Positions 49,955-63,648 are shown, numbered from the whole stretch's first letter. The stretch is DNA of 63,794 nt, filler included, from Octopus bimaculoides (GCF_001194135.2; 5 parts of 4 records of this genome joined end to end with filler, not necessarily neighbours in it); one strand, 5' to 3'. The notes: generated by a model from the letters alone, not told the origin. A program made the numbers and translations.

Positions 49955-50735
49955 CTAGCTTAAAGATTCATTATTATTCAAATTTATTAAAGGTACAAAG
50001 AACTTTTCCAAAATAGTTTGATGCTTATAGTGCATCATCTCTTTGTACAGTTCAGTGCAGAAGCTTGGCTTATTGTAGAGTTCTTCTGTAATTTTTATGT
50101 TACCTTCATGATTAATGTTGTTATCAGCATAAACTTTTAGACCTTTCTCTGTAAGTGCCAATGCTATAGCAATATTCTTTGCAGTTAATTCACGTGTAGT
50201 TACTGGAATTTTCACATTCTCCTCTGTATTTTCAGCTTGTTTTTGTTCTAATGGCATCAGCTACTACATATCTGATAAACTTTCTCTATGGGACACAAGC
50301 AACTCAACCACATAATTTTCTGTTAACTTCTCCAAGCTCTATATAATTTGCAAGTGTCACAATATCTTTCCAAATTCAATGTAAACTTTCTGTTTGTAGA
50401 AAACCTGTAAAGACATGGATAAAATCTCGCCACATATTTTTTGATCCCTGCCCCCAAGAACCATCCCATTTTAAGCGTCACATTAGATCTTTGAAGAAAT
50501 AAGGTCTGAGCAGTTGACAGAGTATTTTTTTGAGGATTGCCTTAATTTTGCTTTATTGTTACATATTATTCTTATTGTTGACATTGCAAGCTTTCATGTC
50601 TTGGCAATGTGGCTGATTTTTTTCTCCTATGTCAAGCATATTTAAAACAAGTTTAAAAGCCAGTGTAATCTTTTCACACTTTCTTTTCCCACAGCTACCT
50701 TTAGTTCTATTTGATGGCTTCTTTTGAGACATTCG
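49955..50735 (-). pseudogene. Tigger/pogo transposase remnant (internally deleted)
   Basis: N-terminus KRKCEKITLAFKLVLNMLDIGEK (HTH_psq/CENP-B-like); C-terminus RELTAKNIAIALALTEKGL...CTELYKE...QTILEKFF (Tigger-type). Confidence 0.7.
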
Positions 50736-51499
50736 AATTGTAGGTAAATCCAATAGCACCAGCAAGCAACAAATATCCAGAACAAATATATTGTAAAAGA
50801 AACAGCAGCAGGTAAGAACTGCTTCATGAGAGCAAAAACTTCTTATAAGTATAAGAATGGAAATGAGAAGATGAACAGGTGAAGGTGTTAGTGTGAGGAA
50901 GTGCTGCATGGTTAGTTAGTCAAAATGTTGGCAGTGCCTATGACTTGAGCCATAAAATTCCATAAGCTTCTCATACACAAACACATACACACACACACAT
51001 ACAGAGTCACATGCTTGCTGTTTTGAAGCACAACATATGTAGCTACAGGCATTGATATCGTTTTGACATTTTTATTGTTGTCACCTGTTGATTATTCAAA
51101 AGTTGATGGGTTGGTAGTGGTGGTAGTGTAGTGTATATTATATTGGCTTTTGTGTTGGTGATGGTGATGGAGTTGGTATTGTTGGTGAGAGCATTGGTCA
51201 TATTATTCTTGATAATTGTATTGTTGTTGCTGTTTAATTTCAGATCAATCCTCATTGACCTAAGATCAAAGGCAATTCATTCAACATTTAAAATACACGA
51301 GAGCACTACGTTATCTCATGTGACTGCTTTTTATTTCAGATGGAGTAGCCTATCTTGTTCATAATATAGTTATTGTTGTTGTTGGTCATTAAAGAGTTGT
51401 TGGAATGGTAATGGTAGAGGTTGTATTGGTTTGGTGTTGAAGCTGGTTGTGTTAATGTTGATGATATATAGTGGCAATGGTGATGACAGTTGACATATA

Positions 51500-52040
<541 letters not shown>

Positions 52041-52832
52041 ATCTGCATATGTGTGTATATACATATACATACATGTATACACACAAACACAGACACACAC
52101 AAACACATATATAGACAAACAGACACCCACATATTCAAAGTGAAAAATTCCAGTATTTTTACAGTGACACAGACACAAACTCTTGCAACTTGCATATACA
52201 CACACATAATATGTGAGTGTGTGTTTATGTGTGTGTGTACATCTGTGTAATAGTGTGTACGTATATATATTTGTATGTGTGTATATATCTATGTATGTAT
52301 GTAGGTATTGTGATTATAGCTTTTCGTATTGTTAACTACTTTGATCTTTGAGAAAACACTGAGAAGAGGCCTTTAAGCTAAGATGGAAGTATAGTTTTTA
52401 GATTATCAAAATTTATCTCAGTTTCTATAATAGTGAAGTTTACAGACTGTATGCTGAAATTAGTGGTCATACTTTACAATTCCTGTAAGTGCAAAATCAC
52501 GTAACGATAATGCAAAGGAGAATGAACAAGAATATCATGGCTTTAACCAGAGAATTTGGGGAGAAATTAAAAATTATGAACACTAGCGTAATTAACTAAC
52601 TTATTTAAAAAAAATATTTTAGTAGATTTTCATTCATACATTTTTGCTCTGTTTGTTCTGCTATATATTCTCCTTTTGCACACTATTGCCACTTTTTCAA
52701 AGCTAAAGACTGTATGGGCATCTGCTAATATANNNNNNNNNNNNNNNNNNNNNNNNNNNNNNNNNNNNNNNNNNNNTTAATTAATTAANNNNNNNNNNNN
52801 NNNNNNNNNNNNNNNNNNNNNNNNNNNNNNNN

Positions 52833-52867
<35 letters not shown>

Positions 52868-52891
52868 CATGTGTATCTGTATATGTATATA

Positions 52892-53205
52892 CAAGGGGGT
52901 ACCTAAAAGTAACCAGAAACATTCTCTGTGGGGTAAGAACATTGCAGTTCAAACTTCCAGCACTAGAAACCTCTACATGCAACCCTCAGGCATCAGTTTG
53001 CTGACCAGCAGTGTCAAGTGAAGTCATACTGCCATATGGTGCATCTTTGTCTTGCAGTGCTTCTCCCCTGGTCATTGATATTTGCAATAGCTGAAATGAA
53101 GGAGTAATGTGCTTCCATGAAATTCTGCTTCCAACTGGGGAAAGCAGCAGCCGAAATAATTGTCATGCTTCAAACAGCTTGCAAGGACGCTGCCATGAGC
53201 ATCTG
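52892..53205 (+). pseudogene. Mariner 5' end fragment (TIR + transposase N-terminus)
   Basis: TA|CAAGGGGGTACCTAAAAGT terminus; E*CASMKFCFQLGKAAAEIIVMLQTACKDAAMS resembles the mariner EQRxxIKFCFxLGK...TAY.D.AMS motif. Confidence 0.75.
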
Positions 53206-53246
53206 TAGATACTAAATATGTGAATGATATGAATAATAATAATAAC

Positions 53247-53279
<33 letters not shown>

Positions 53280-53291
<12 letters not shown>

Positions 53292-53507
53292 CCTTTCTAT
53301 TATAGGCACTAGGCCTGAAGTTTTGTGCGAGGGCACTAGCCGAGTATATCAACCCCAGAATTTCACTACTACTTAAGTTATTGACCCTGAAAGGATGAAA
53401 GGTAGAGTTGACCTGTTGTGGAATTTGAACTCAGAACATAAAGATAGATGAAATGCTGCTAAGCATTTTGCTCGGTGTGCTAATGATTCTGCGAGCTTTC
53501 TGCCTTA
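53280..53507 (-). mobile_element. SINE family A
   Basis: (AAT)n tail plus the family A core. Confidence 0.8.
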
Positions 53508-53829
53508 ANNNNNNNNNNNNNNNNNNNNNNNNNNNNNNNNNNNNNNNNNNNNNNNNNNNNNNNNNNNNNNNNNNNNNNNNNNNNNNNNNNNNNNNNNNNN
53601 NNNNNNNNNNNNNNNNNNNNNNNNNNNNNNNNNNNNNNNNNNNNNNNNNNNNNNNNNNNNNNNNNNNNNNNNNNNNNNNNNNNNNNNNNNNNNNNNNNNN
53701 NNNNNNNNNNNNNNNNNNNNNNNNNNNNNNNNNNNNNNNNNNNNNNNNNNNNNNNNNNNNNNNNNNNNNNNNNNNNNNNNNNNNNNNNNNNNNNNNNNNN
53801 NNNNNNNNNNNNNNNNNNNNNNNNNNNNA

Positions 53830-53840
53830 AGCCCATCGTG

Positions 53841-53891
<51 letters not shown>

Positions 53892-54095
53892 TTGTGTGTC
53901 TGTGTTTGTCCCCCCACCATCACTTGACAATCACTGTTGGTGTATTTACATCCCCATAACTTAGCAGTTCAGCAAAAGAAATTGATAGAATAAGTACTAG
54001 GCTTACAAAGAATAAGTCCTGGGGTCGATTTGTTCAACTAAAGGTAGTGCTCCAGCGTGGCCACAGTCAAATGACTGAAACAAGTAAAAGATTAA
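53830..54095 (+). mobile_element. SINE family B 3' two-thirds
   Basis: Collinear with 38915-39170. Confidence 0.85.
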
Positions 54096-54955
54096 GAAGA
54101 AGAATAATAATCTTTTCTACTCTGAAATTTTGGGGGAGAGGGTGAGTCGATTAGATCGATCCCAGTATGCAACTGGTACTCAATTTATTGACCGCAAAAG
54201 GATGAAAGGCAAAGTTGACCTTGGCGGAATAATAATAATAATAATTATAATAATAACATCAAATATTCGAATAAAAATTATGATAGGAAAATATCCAATT
54301 TTAATAAAGCTAATACTAACAAAAATGTATATATAAATAATAAAAAGAAGAGATCAACAAATGTTATATAATATAATTCTCCATTCTCATATTCAATGGC
54401 TGCTATTATCCCTCGTAAATTCTTTGCTGCACTAGATAGGTATTTTCCACCTTCAAGTAAATATGGGAAATTATTTAATCGACTGTAACGTTTTTGTATT
54501 GAACCACTAGAATTTTAGCTGAGACAAAAGCAGCACACAATAAAGAGAATTAGGGAATATCTAAATTCTAAGTCTATAAACAAAAGCAGAACAGATAATG
54601 TGTATAGTGAAATTAACTCTAATGTTCTGAACAAAGTTTTGATTTTATAAATAATCACAATTCTGCTAATACAGTTAAGTTATTACCTAGCTTTAATATT
54701 AATTGTAATAATAATAATAATCCCTTCTTAATACCTAATTTGCAGAGAAGTAGTGGAACTTTTTTTTAACTATTAGTACCAAAAATACAAGTGAATAAAT
54801 CCCTGTGTAATTCATCATCATCATCATCATCATCGTTTAACGTCCGCTTTCCATGNNNNNNNNNNNNNNNNNNNNNNNNNNNNNNNNNNNNNNNNNNNNT
54901 TAATTAATTAANNNNNNNNNNNNNNNNNNNNNNNNNNNNNNNNNNNNNNNNNNNN

Positions 54956-54994
<39 letters not shown>

Positions 54995-55314
54995 TATTTG
55001 ATATCATCATAACTTGTATTTCAAAGAGGCTATGCTGTTATCGATTACCATATGCTATCATACAGCACAACTGCTCCTTTTACTGGATTCTCATTAAATC
55101 CATACTTGTGCTCTTATGGTATCAGTGGTTACTATTAACACTATGTAGCGTTGGCAGAATCGTGAGTTAGTCGGACTAAGCAGAATCGTTAGTTAGTCGG
55201 ACTAAGCGTATTTAGCGTTCTCAGTTCAAATTCCCCCGACTGGGTGCTCCCCCAAAATGTTAGACGTACTACCGATTCTTCCAGTTCACCGCCTAATTAT
55301 ACAGAGCTTATTTG

Positions 55315-55505
55315 GCGGCGAGCTGGCAGAATCGTTAGCACGCTGGACGAAATTCCAGTAAGTATTTCGTCTCTCTATATGTTCTAAGTTCAAATTCCGC
55401 CGCGGTTGACTTTGCCTTACATTCGTTCGTGGTCGATGAAATACGTAGTAGTTAAACACTGGAATCCCTGAACCAAAATGTGTGCCTGCAGTAGAAAGGA
55501 TTTCT
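55315..55505 (+). mobile_element. SINE family A, CpG-retaining
   Basis: 'ggcgagctggcagaatcgttagcacgc...ttcaaattccgccgcggttgactttgcc'; preceded by duplicated head fragments at 55150-55230. Confidence 0.8.
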
Positions 55506-57836
55506 AACAGTATATTAATATCTACCTGACAATTGGTTTCTGCTACTAAACAAAATATATATCCTTTACCCTGAGGTCAATGTCTGGTCTGTTGTATTCA
55601 CAATTTAAAGAGGTTTTACAAGAAACATTCCAAACGTATTCATAATATGATTGTGTATGCTTTACATATAATAAATGTCTTTTCTTTGGAATTTTGTAAC
55701 TATTATTTCTCTGAATTGCATTTTGTATTGTTTCGGTCAATACAACATGTCTCATACTATAGAAATGTCATTTTTGGACAGCTGCTTATTACAGGGGTAA
55801 TATCTCTTCAGTGATAATCCAACAATATATGCTATTTATTCCCTTTAGGTATCTACTTGCAGCGCCATCGTTTATGTTCATCAGGAAGTTTGAAAATGTC
55901 ACAGGTAAAGCTTAAACAACTCTAAAGTTTCTAGCATAGCTTCTGTGCATCACTTTCTACTAGCATTTTTATGGTGTTGCAATTTAAGAGAGGCAAAAAT
56001 ATCTTTTTTTTTGCATCAAAATGAAGCCGCACATTCTGAAAGAGAAGCACACAATTACTCTAGTTTAACTAATACTTTCTGAGATTCTCTTTCAGTCTTT
56101 ACAAACCAAAGTATTGCTATTTTCTGGAACGTGCTTACTTACTACATGTAACTTGGAAATGTATTTACAAATGCGATTGAATATCATTTCAGTTGTAACA
56201 ATTACCATAAGGATAATGGATACATTATTATATGCCAGAATACATTTTGTACAATACAGTTGCTGATTCAGTGTATTTAGTCCGTTCTTCAACTCACAAT
56301 TGCAACACATTTTAATTAATCCGTATTACCATATCAGTCATTAAGATTATATTTTATGCACGACATTGTAACAACTCCACAGACCTATTCAACGTGTTAA
56401 AGCAAAAGTCGTGTATGAAGAAGAATACATAACGTATCCGTCAACCAACCTGTAATAAAGAAACATTGTAATATCTCGTGTAGCAAAATGCATTTGATTT
56501 AAACTCTGAACTTTGCATGTCTCAAAGTTAAATACGCGCAGTGACATATTATTGACAACCACTGTAACCTATTATTCGTTTTACACCTTGTGTTGCATCA
56601 TCTGTTAAATAATGTAACAAGACACATCATTCTTCTTCACACAAACATTCCCTGCCTGATGTCCGCTGTTCTTTCTCTCATCCTCACTCTTTCACATGTG
56701 CCCCAATATATGTATATGCATGCGTACACACCACACATACACTCACACATGCATGNNNNNNNNNNNNNNNNNNNNNNNNNNNNNNNNNNNNNNNNNNNNN
56801 NNNNNNNNNNNNNNNNNNNNNNNNNNNNNNNNNNNNNNNNNNNNNNNNNNNNNNNNNNNNNNNNNNNNNNNNNNNNNNNNNNNNNNNNNNNNNNNNNNNN
56901 NNNNNNNNNNNNNNNNNNNNATATATATATATATATATATAAATACATGCACACACTTACATACATAAACGCATATGTATATACATATATGTAAATAAAT
57001 AGCTATGCATATATATGTATGTATATAGGCATAGATTATACACGCCAAATTTCCATTATCTCTAATATGTCTTAATTTTACACCTGCTTCAGTCCCAATA
57101 AAGCTGAATGCCATTTGCAATCCATTTAACTAATATTACCTTCAGTAATATTTACTCTTTAAAACGTGGCTGTCGTGTAGAGTGTCAGAAAATAGCATTC
57201 TGCTAAACAGAACATAACATTTCACTCAAGCTATCAAATATGGACTAATGGCCATGTTTCCTTTCGTTTCGCCCATAGGCATACAGTCTCAAAGTGAAAC
57301 CCTACTCCTCACCATTTTATTAAGAAGAAACGAATAAAAGAAGAATACTTAATTATCCTTTTATGATTCACTTTATTTTCAACGAACTCATAACTATGTC
57401 AGTTTTGCCCAGTCGTACCGATATTCGATATTCTGGGATTAAGTTCACCATATATGCCTAACTTTCGTAAATACATTATTTATTGATTTCTAACGTTTTG
57501 ACATATGCTTGCACTCACACATCATGAACAAAATTTGCCTCAAGCAAGTATATTACTGGTACTTCATTTTATCGATCATAGAATGTTAAAAAGACAAGGC
57601 CAAATATCAGCAAGATTTGCACTCAAAAACGTATAGAGAAGGTATCTAAAAATTCGTTATGTATTGTATTTTTCCTAACCTACTTATTGATTTCGAAATA
57701 GAATCAAAGTCAAATAATTTATTTTTAAAGCAGGTGGTGCCTATAATTGGTGCGATCGGCTCCAATATTTCAATTATCTACGCTTTAAAATAAATATAGG
57801 TGAAAGTAGCCTACGACGTATGTGAATAGAATTCAG

Positions 57837-57873
<37 letters not shown>

Positions 57874-58085
57874 NNNNNNNNNNNNNNNNNNNNNNNNNNN
57901 NNNNNNNNNNNNNNNNNNNNNNNNNNNNNNNNNNNNNNNNNNNNNNNNNNNNNNNNNNNNNNNNNNNNNNNNNNNNNNNNNNNNNNNNNNNNNNNNNNNN
58001 NNNNNNNNNNNNNNNNNNNNNNNNNNNNNNNNNNNNNNNNNNNNNNNNNNNNNNNNNNNNNNNNNNNNNNNNNNNNNNNNNNNNC

Positions 58086-58780
58086 ATATATATGCGTATA
58101 AGAAGGGACGACCACTAGATAGTCATCCAATATGCTAGAAAGAGGTCATCAGCGATCCAACCACAAAAGAAAAATCATGTTCTCCAGAAAAAAATTCAGC
58201 AAAAATATACAGAGCTTAGGCGGGCAGAACAAAATGAAAAAAATATATAAAAATAAAGAATTAATTGTGTACCGGTTTCCCCATTAACTCTTTTACTTAC
58301 ATAAAATCATCTGTGGTTCGTCAGCACAATCCGTTCTAAAATCAATATAATTTGAAGAACTATACACGAATTGTTTGCTTAAAATTAGACGTGCGTACAG
58401 TTCTACCGATTACATTGGGGATATTTTCAAAATGCCTCAGCTCTGGTGCGCTAAATTCCGGAAACAGTTCCGCAGAGTATAATTTACTGCAGTATATGTT
58501 GCCGGCTAGAGAACATAATTATTCAAATTTATATTTATATACTGAGGGTAATAAATTGAATATTAATTTGAATTTAAAACCAGTGGTCTAGCATATAAAA
58601 AATCTGATAATTCAGAAAAATTGTATTACATGCGTATAAGAAGGGATGACGACTAGGTGGATATCCAATATGCGAGAGACGACCCAACCACAAAAGAAAA
58701 AAAAATCACGTTCTCCAGAAAAAAATTCTGCCAAAATACAGAGCTTAGGTGGGCAGGACAAAAAATATATAAAAATAACT
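58086..58780 (+). repeat. Two ~160 bp direct repeats (58086-58258 and 58627-58780)
   Basis: 'atgcgtataagaaggga...ttctccagaaaaaaattc...agagcttagg(c/t)gggcag' is present in both. Confidence 0.85.
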
Positions 58781-59423
58781 ATATGGAGCTGAAGAGTGAT
58801 TCGCTTGCCTATAATCACGTGTTCAACGCCAATATCCTCGCTTTTACCTCAGTTGCTGCCATTAATATTATTAGTTCTGAATCTGCTATCTTTGTTGTGG
58901 CTGTGGTTGTTGTGGTTGTTGTTGTTGTTGTTCTTCTTCTTCTTCTTCTTATTCTTCTTTTTCTTCTTCTTCTTCTTCGTCTTCTTCTTCTTCTTCTTCT
59001 TCTTCTTCTTCTTCTTCTNNNNNNNNNNNNNNNNNNNNNNNNNNNNNNNNNNNNNNNNNNNNNNNNNNNNNNNNNNNNNNNNNNNNNNNNNNNNNNNNNN
59101 NNNNNNNNNNNNNNNNNNNNNNNNNNNNNNNNNNNNNNNNNNNNNNNNNNNNNNNNNNNNNNNNNNNNNNNNNNNNNNNNNNNNNNNNNNNNNNNNNNNN
59201 NNNNNNNNNNNNNNNNNNNNNNNNNNNNNNNNNNNNNNNNNNNNNNNNNNNNNNNNNNNNNNNNNNNNNNNNNNNNNNNNNNNNNNNNNNNNNNNNNNNN
59301 NNNNNNNNNNNNNNNNNNNNNNNNNNNNNNNNNNNNNNNNNNNNNNNNNNNNNNNNNNNNNNNNNNNNNNNNNNNNNNNNNNNNNNNNNNNNNNNNNNNN
59401 NNNNNNNNNNNNNNNNNNNNNNN

Positions 59424-59489
<66 letters not shown>

Positions 59490-59721
59490 AATGCCTGAAA
59501 TGTCAAGGATCCTTAATTTGTTATCATCGTTAACAACGTGTAAAACGATTGTCTCCGGATATCGACGAGATAAAGATTCTTGGCACTTAATGATATATTT
59601 GACGCGAAGATAAGATAGCGATGATGATAGTACAGTTCTATATTTAAGAGATTAGGAATTATGTACAGTTTTTACATTATTTGCAACTGACTGATATTTG
59701 TCCTCATCTTGTTTGTTGTTA

Positions 59722-59765
59722 ACGCAACGTTTCGGCTGATATACCCTCCAGCCTTCATCAGGTGT
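59722..59765 (-). ncRNA. Minimal type I hammerhead ribozyme (Penelope-type)
   Basis: Minus strand: acac CTGATGA a ggctgg agggtata tcagcc GAA ACGT T gcgt. Intact core and stem II, palindromic ACGT stem III, GUU cleavage triplet, one stem I mismatch. Confidence 0.7.
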
Positions 59766-60072
59766 CTTGGGCAAATTTCGAACTTGGGTTCTCATTCCTA
59801 AAGTATTTTTCGATGGTTTGAAAGACGAGTTAGTTTTGATTGAGTTTCTCTATATGTCTCCATTGAGGACAAATATCCGTCAATTGTAAATAATGTGAAT
59901 AATGTACATAATTCCTATCTCTTAAATATAGAACGGTATAATCTAATCCGTACGCAGCCGACATTAGACTTCAATGGAGACATATAGAGAAACTCCACTA
60001 AAAACTAGCTCGTCTTTCAAACCATCTAACTGATAACATCGAAAATTACCTTAGGTTCGAAATTTCCCCAAC

Positions 60073-60116
60073 ACACCTGATGAAGGCTGGAGAGTATATC
60101 AACCGAAACGTTGTGT
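60073..60116 (+). ncRNA. Minimal type I hammerhead ribozyme (Penelope-type)
   Basis: acac CTGATGA (60077-83) a ggctgg agagtata tcaacc GAA ACGT T gtgt. Perfect stem I, one stem II mismatch; predicted cleavage after 60112. Confidence 0.7.
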
Positions 60117-60978
60117 TAACAACAAACAAGATGAGGACAAATATCCGTCGAATGTAAATAATCTAAATAATGTAGCGATGATGTTTTGGCAGGAAAGTAA
60201 AATGCTCCTCGAGTGTGACGACGACCACGACAACCACACCAACGATGATGATTCAGAATATGACACGTTTATGACAATATTTCCTGTGGTTTTGAAACTC
60301 TCTACAATTGATAAATACTGTCCTTTGAACCGCCTGTATTGGTCCAGTGTGAGATCTATCACGAACATCGGCCGACTTATCGAAAATTCTTCTTCAAATT
60401 CTCTTGTCTAAAATTACAGCCGGCTGTTTGTCTTATAAAGCCATCGTGTTATTTTTCTCGTTATCGTTGTTGCTGTTCATGGTCTTTTAGCTTACGTTCA
60501 GTCTCAAAATGTTTGACAGTTGAGATTACTGAGAAATACATATCTTTATTATGCAATCATTAACAAAACGGCTTTTCTCCAATATTAAAAACTTGATGTT
60601 TCTTATGTTAACATGAATAATAATTTGTGTCGAATGATTAGTTTTCGTATATGAGTCGAAACTGCTTTTATATAAGTTTTATTAAAATCTTTACAAATAA
60701 CCAGTTCGTGTTGCATATCGAGACTAAACATAACCAGAAAACGTATAAAACCAAGAAAAGAACTAAAGAAATCTCTTCGTGCATTCTACGGTCCTTCAAA
60801 TTTGTAGAAAATCATGAATTTTATCAATTCTTAATTAGCATTTTCTTTCTCCTTGTATAAGATCTATATTTCGTAGTCGATAGAATATGAACGAATTGAA
60901 TAAGAACGGGGTCAATGAGATCGACTAGACTCCTCTCGCAAAATTTCAGATCTTTTACCTATAGTAGAAATGATATCC

Positions 60979-61150
60979 TGTTGTGTCTGGGGAGAGTCAT
61001 TTTCTTTTCGTGCCTTATAATTTAACACACTCACCAGTAAAATTTCCACTTATTGCTTATTTTTATTTTCCTAAAATTTTCTTGAGAGTCAAGTCTATTC
61101 AAGTCTTAAATTATAAGACACAAAAAGAAAATGACTCCCCAGACACAACA
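60979..61150. repeat. ~46 bp inverted repeat pair
   Basis: 60979-61024 pairs with 61107-61150 ('tgttgtgtctgggga...ttataattta'). Confidence 0.8.
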
Positions 61151-61729
61151 AAATAAGCTTCAACACACGAACTCACATAAAGTGTCTTGTAAACCAAATC
61201 CCAAAACGAAAAAAGAAATGATATCATTTGCTGGGGTATATGAGGAAGAATAAAATCGGTTCACTCGAAAATTGATGCAATATCTCTTCAACAGAGATAT
61301 ACAGAGATTGCCATGGCATTTAAGGTCTAAGAAACATAGAGAACCAATGATTCGTCTGCTGGAAATACGCAACCAACAAAACTGCTGTATAATCATTTGT
61401 GAGATAAAACAAGACACATTGAATCAAGAGCTATGTATATATTCATAAATGACTGCAGTCATTTCTAACTATTTTCTCTCCATTACGTAGGCAAAATATC
61501 GTAATTGGAAAGAAAGAAAAAAAAATAATGGTCAATAGGTCATTCCATTATAATGTCAATACATGATATAATACAGAACATACGATACATCCATACACAC
61601 AAACCCATACACCCCTACACACACGCACAAACACATACACACACTCGCATACGCCTACACGTATACATGCATATACATAATACATAATACCTATAATTAT
61701 AGCATATGGATACATATGTATGTGTATAG

Positions 61730-61783
<54 letters not shown>

Positions 61784-62266
61784 NNNNNNNNNNNNNNNNN
61801 NNNNNNNNNNNNNNNNNNNNNNNNNNNTTAATTAATTAANNNNNNNNNNNNNNNNNNNNNNNNNNNNNNNNNNNNNNNNNNNNTATATATATATATATAT
61901 GTATGTATGTGTATATTTATAAATATATGCATATATATATGCATGTATTTTATATACACACACACACACACGCACACATATATATGTACATGTGTGTCTA
62001 GAGGCATTAAAAGCCTTCTCTCTCTGAAAGGGAATGAGTCTAGAAGGACCCTCTACCCTTCTTTCACCCGCATAAACTTCATTTATTTTGATGTTTATGT
62101 TGGGTATAGACATGTAGACAAAATAAATGCTTGCTGTACAGTTGTGGATATGCAATGGTTGATAGACTCCTCCACCAGGGTGGTCTTCGCATGAGTTTCG
62201 GTTTCCAGTCGAACCAATTCGTCTCTCTCTCTCTCTCTCACTCACTCTCTCTCTCTCTCTCTCTCA

Positions 62267-62297
<31 letters not shown>

Positions 62298-62313
62298 TCT
62301 CTTTATCACTCTC

Positions 62314-62346
<33 letters not shown>

Positions 62347-62922
62347 GACTCGTAATCTCTCAATTTCTTTCACTGTCTCTTTCTCTGTCCCACCCCCTCT
62401 TTCTAATGCTCTTTCTATTTGCCTCGATATTATTTGCTATGTCACATGCTGACTTTTCTCCACGGAACTCTTTCATTCTCTCTGTCTTTTTTTCCCGCCT
62501 AATATCTTTCCCATTATGCCTCAACCACACTTAGTCTCTCATTAGTTTTGTATATTTCTCTCTTACATGCTCTCTCTGTATCTCTCTCTCTTTCGCCTCA
62601 GGGTTCCCTAAGTCTTTCGCTTCAATCTTGTTCCAATTTCTCTGAATGATTCGAAACCACTTTTGAATATTTCCTAATTTCTTCTCATTGCCCTCGTCTC
62701 TATTATTCTATATTTCCACCACTTTCTCTCTCTCTCTCACTCTCTCTCACTCTCTCTATCTCTATCCCTCTCTCTCTCTCTCTCTCACCTCCCTCTTTGT
62801 GTGTGAGGCGTGTGCTTCCTTCCTCTACCATAACTCATCATGTCTTTTCATCAGGTTTTCGTCACATTATCAAGAATAATATAGAAACAAACGAGAATAG
62901 AAACAGAGCAAAGACAGAAGTT

Positions 62923-62924
<2 letters not shown>

Positions 62925-62986
<62 letters not shown>

Positions 62987-63095
62987 TTATTATTACTACT
63001 AGTACTACTACTATTTCTATTATTATGATTATTATTCTTATTATTGTTATTATTATTATTATTTTTATTATTATTATTATTATTATTATCCAGTA
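62925..63095. repeat. (TAT)n-rich microsatellite
   Basis: The run is directly visible. Confidence 0.95.
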
Positions 63096-63109
63096 GTTTT
63101 ATTTTGATA

Positions 63110-63379
63110 ATGTGTTTTCACTTCACTACCGAGCGCAGCTCTGTGCGCCTTGGGTATGTGCTGTGGTTTGTTATGGTGCTCTTATGTTTACGGTATTGAA
63201 AGTGTCTTCCGTAGAATGTGTGCAGTACCCAGTAGTGCAATTTTCTGTATGTTATATATATTTATAAGTCCTGGTGTTTTTGTTATGTATTTGTCTGAAT
63301 ATTTTTTTATTATACCTAAGGCACCTACTATGATAGGAATTGTTTCTGTTTTTAGATTCCACATTCGAGTTATCTCTAT
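63110..63379 (-). pseudogene. R4/Dong-type non-LTR 3' end (second family)
   Basis: EITRMWNLKTETIPIIVGALGIIKK...IQKIALLGTAHILRKTLSIP*, a typical RLE C-terminus; flanked by (TAA)n on both sides. Confidence 0.8.
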
Positions 63380-63385
63380 TATTAA

Positions 63386-63449
<64 letters not shown>

Positions 63450-63549
63450 GGTATAATGCCCGCAGTTTTGAGAGAAAGTTATTCAAAACTTTCGACTGTA
63501 ATATGTGACTGGTAGTTTATTTTATCGGCCAAAAAAGGATAATGATGTA

Positions 63550-63646
63550 TTGCAGAAAACACTTGGCGAAAGTGATACGCAATGATACTGAACCCGAAGC
63601 CATATGGATGGGAAGCAAGCCTCTTACAACACAGCCGTGCCTGCAC

Positions 63647-63648
<2 letters not shown>
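63550..63648 (-). mobile_element. SINE family B head, decayed
   Basis: 'gaacccgaagccatatggatgggaagcaagcctcttacaacacagccgtgcctgc'. Confidence 0.7.

Larger units (their letters stand above)
52402..57338 (+). other. Candidate phase-compatible host exon chain: 52402/52422-52484, 55849-55904, (56096-56147), 57279-57337
   Basis: Canonical AG/GT sites (gtaagt, gtaaag; acceptors ttccctttag, ctctttcag, ttcgcccatag). Spliced reading FYNSEVYRLYAEISGHTLQF-LYLLAAPSFMFIRKFENVT-GIQSQSETLLLTILLRRNE*, with AATAAA at 57333. No known protein recognised. Confidence 0.25.
59632..60174. mobile_element. Penelope-type terminal repeat copies in a nested inverted arrangement
   Basis: 59680-59866 pairs with 59971-60165, and 59632-59705 pairs with 59864-59937. 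Confidence 0.75.

Noticed and set aside
56298-56449. Minus-strand exon candidate ending ATG TGT TGC AAT T|gtgagt
   Set aside because: Splice sites are good, but I found no compatible downstream exon and it conflicts with the plus-strand chain; insufficient support.
60178-60411. 77 aa ORF with an acidic stretch
   Set aside because: The acidic part derives from decayed GAC/GAT repeats; no splice or homology support.
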